Assembly (NCBI RefSeq): GCF_006345805.1
Contig: NW_021828864.1
Coordinates: forward strand, 1 to 7,495
DNA length: 7,495 nucleotides
DNA from: Octopus sinensis
Taxonomy: Eukaryota
Reading direction: 5' to 3'
Part shown: positions 7,088-7,495 of the stretch, one piece after another
Layout: each line of letters opens with the position of its first letter
Position numbering within the stretch: the first letter of the stretch is position 1
Made by a program: the position numbers and the translations under genes
The notes under the pieces: generated by a model
The model's input: the letters and a program-made list of their open reading frames with translations, nothing else
Told to the model about the DNA's origin: nothing
Database searches by the model: none

Positions 7088-7170
7088 TCTATCTCTCTCT
7101 CTCTCTGTATATATATATATCTGTGTGTGTGTGTGTGTGTGGTGTGGTGTGTGTGTGTGCTGCGTGTGCT
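7088..7170. repeat. Compound (CT)n-(TA)n-(TG)n microsatellite
   Basis: Seen directly; the TG part probably corresponds to the internal microsatellite of the adjacent family C element. Confidence 0.88.
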
Positions 7171-7340
7171 ACCCACCACCGCTTAGTGTGTTTATGCTCC
7201 TCTAGCCTAGCGGTTCAGCAAAAGCAACCTATAAAATAAAGGCCGGAGTCTATTCGTTCGACTAAAATTCTTCAAGGCGGTCCCCAGCATGGTCGCAGTC
7301 TAATGGCAGAAGCAAGTAAAAGGTAAAAGGTAAAAGAAAA
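7122..7340 (+). mobile_element. 3' half of a family C SINE with a (GTAAAAG)3 tail
   Basis: Homologous to about 6400-6630 (CCACCGCTT, TAGCGGTTCAGCAAAAG, ATTCGTTCG, CTTCAAGGCGGTCCCCAGCATGGTCGCAGTCTAATG). Three GTAAAAG units lie at 7316-7336. Confidence 0.82.
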
Positions 7341-7392
7341 ACGTAGAGCCACGAGGTTATTTTTAGGAACCTCAACTTTACTTTTCTATATG

Positions 7393-7474
7393 ATATACAT
7401 ACATACATGGTTACATACATATGTGTGTGCGCGTGCGTTCGTGCGTGTGTGCGTGTGCGCGCGTATCACGTGCA
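7393..7474. repeat. (TACA)n then degenerate (TG/CG)n tract
   Basis: Seen directly. Confidence 0.8.
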
Positions 7475-7495
7475 CAACATTTTATTTAAAACTTC

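Overview
AT-rich, non-coding eukaryotic DNA (intron or intergenic) made almost entirely of interspersed repeats and microsatellites. The repeat families resemble abundant octopus/coleoid cephalopod SINEs; this is recalled from memory and not database-checked. No convincing intact protein-coding gene is present: most supplied ORFs are translations of microsatellites or SINEs. The window holds three tRNA-derived SINE families in about nine copies or fragments, including a head-to-tail dimer with a 183-bp period. It also holds a structurally complete 399-bp non-autonomous Helitron (A|TC...hairpin-CTAG|T) with an internal ~100-bp tandem duplication, inserted into a SINE tail. A heavily decayed minus-strand L1/Tx1-like ORF2 relic is recoverable only by reading across frameshifts. 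Long CT, CA, TA and TACA/TATG tracts and a 59-nt hairpin in otherwise unique sequence complete the picture. I found no evidence for a wholly new biological system; the interest lies in transposon architecture and a few candidate structured RNAs.
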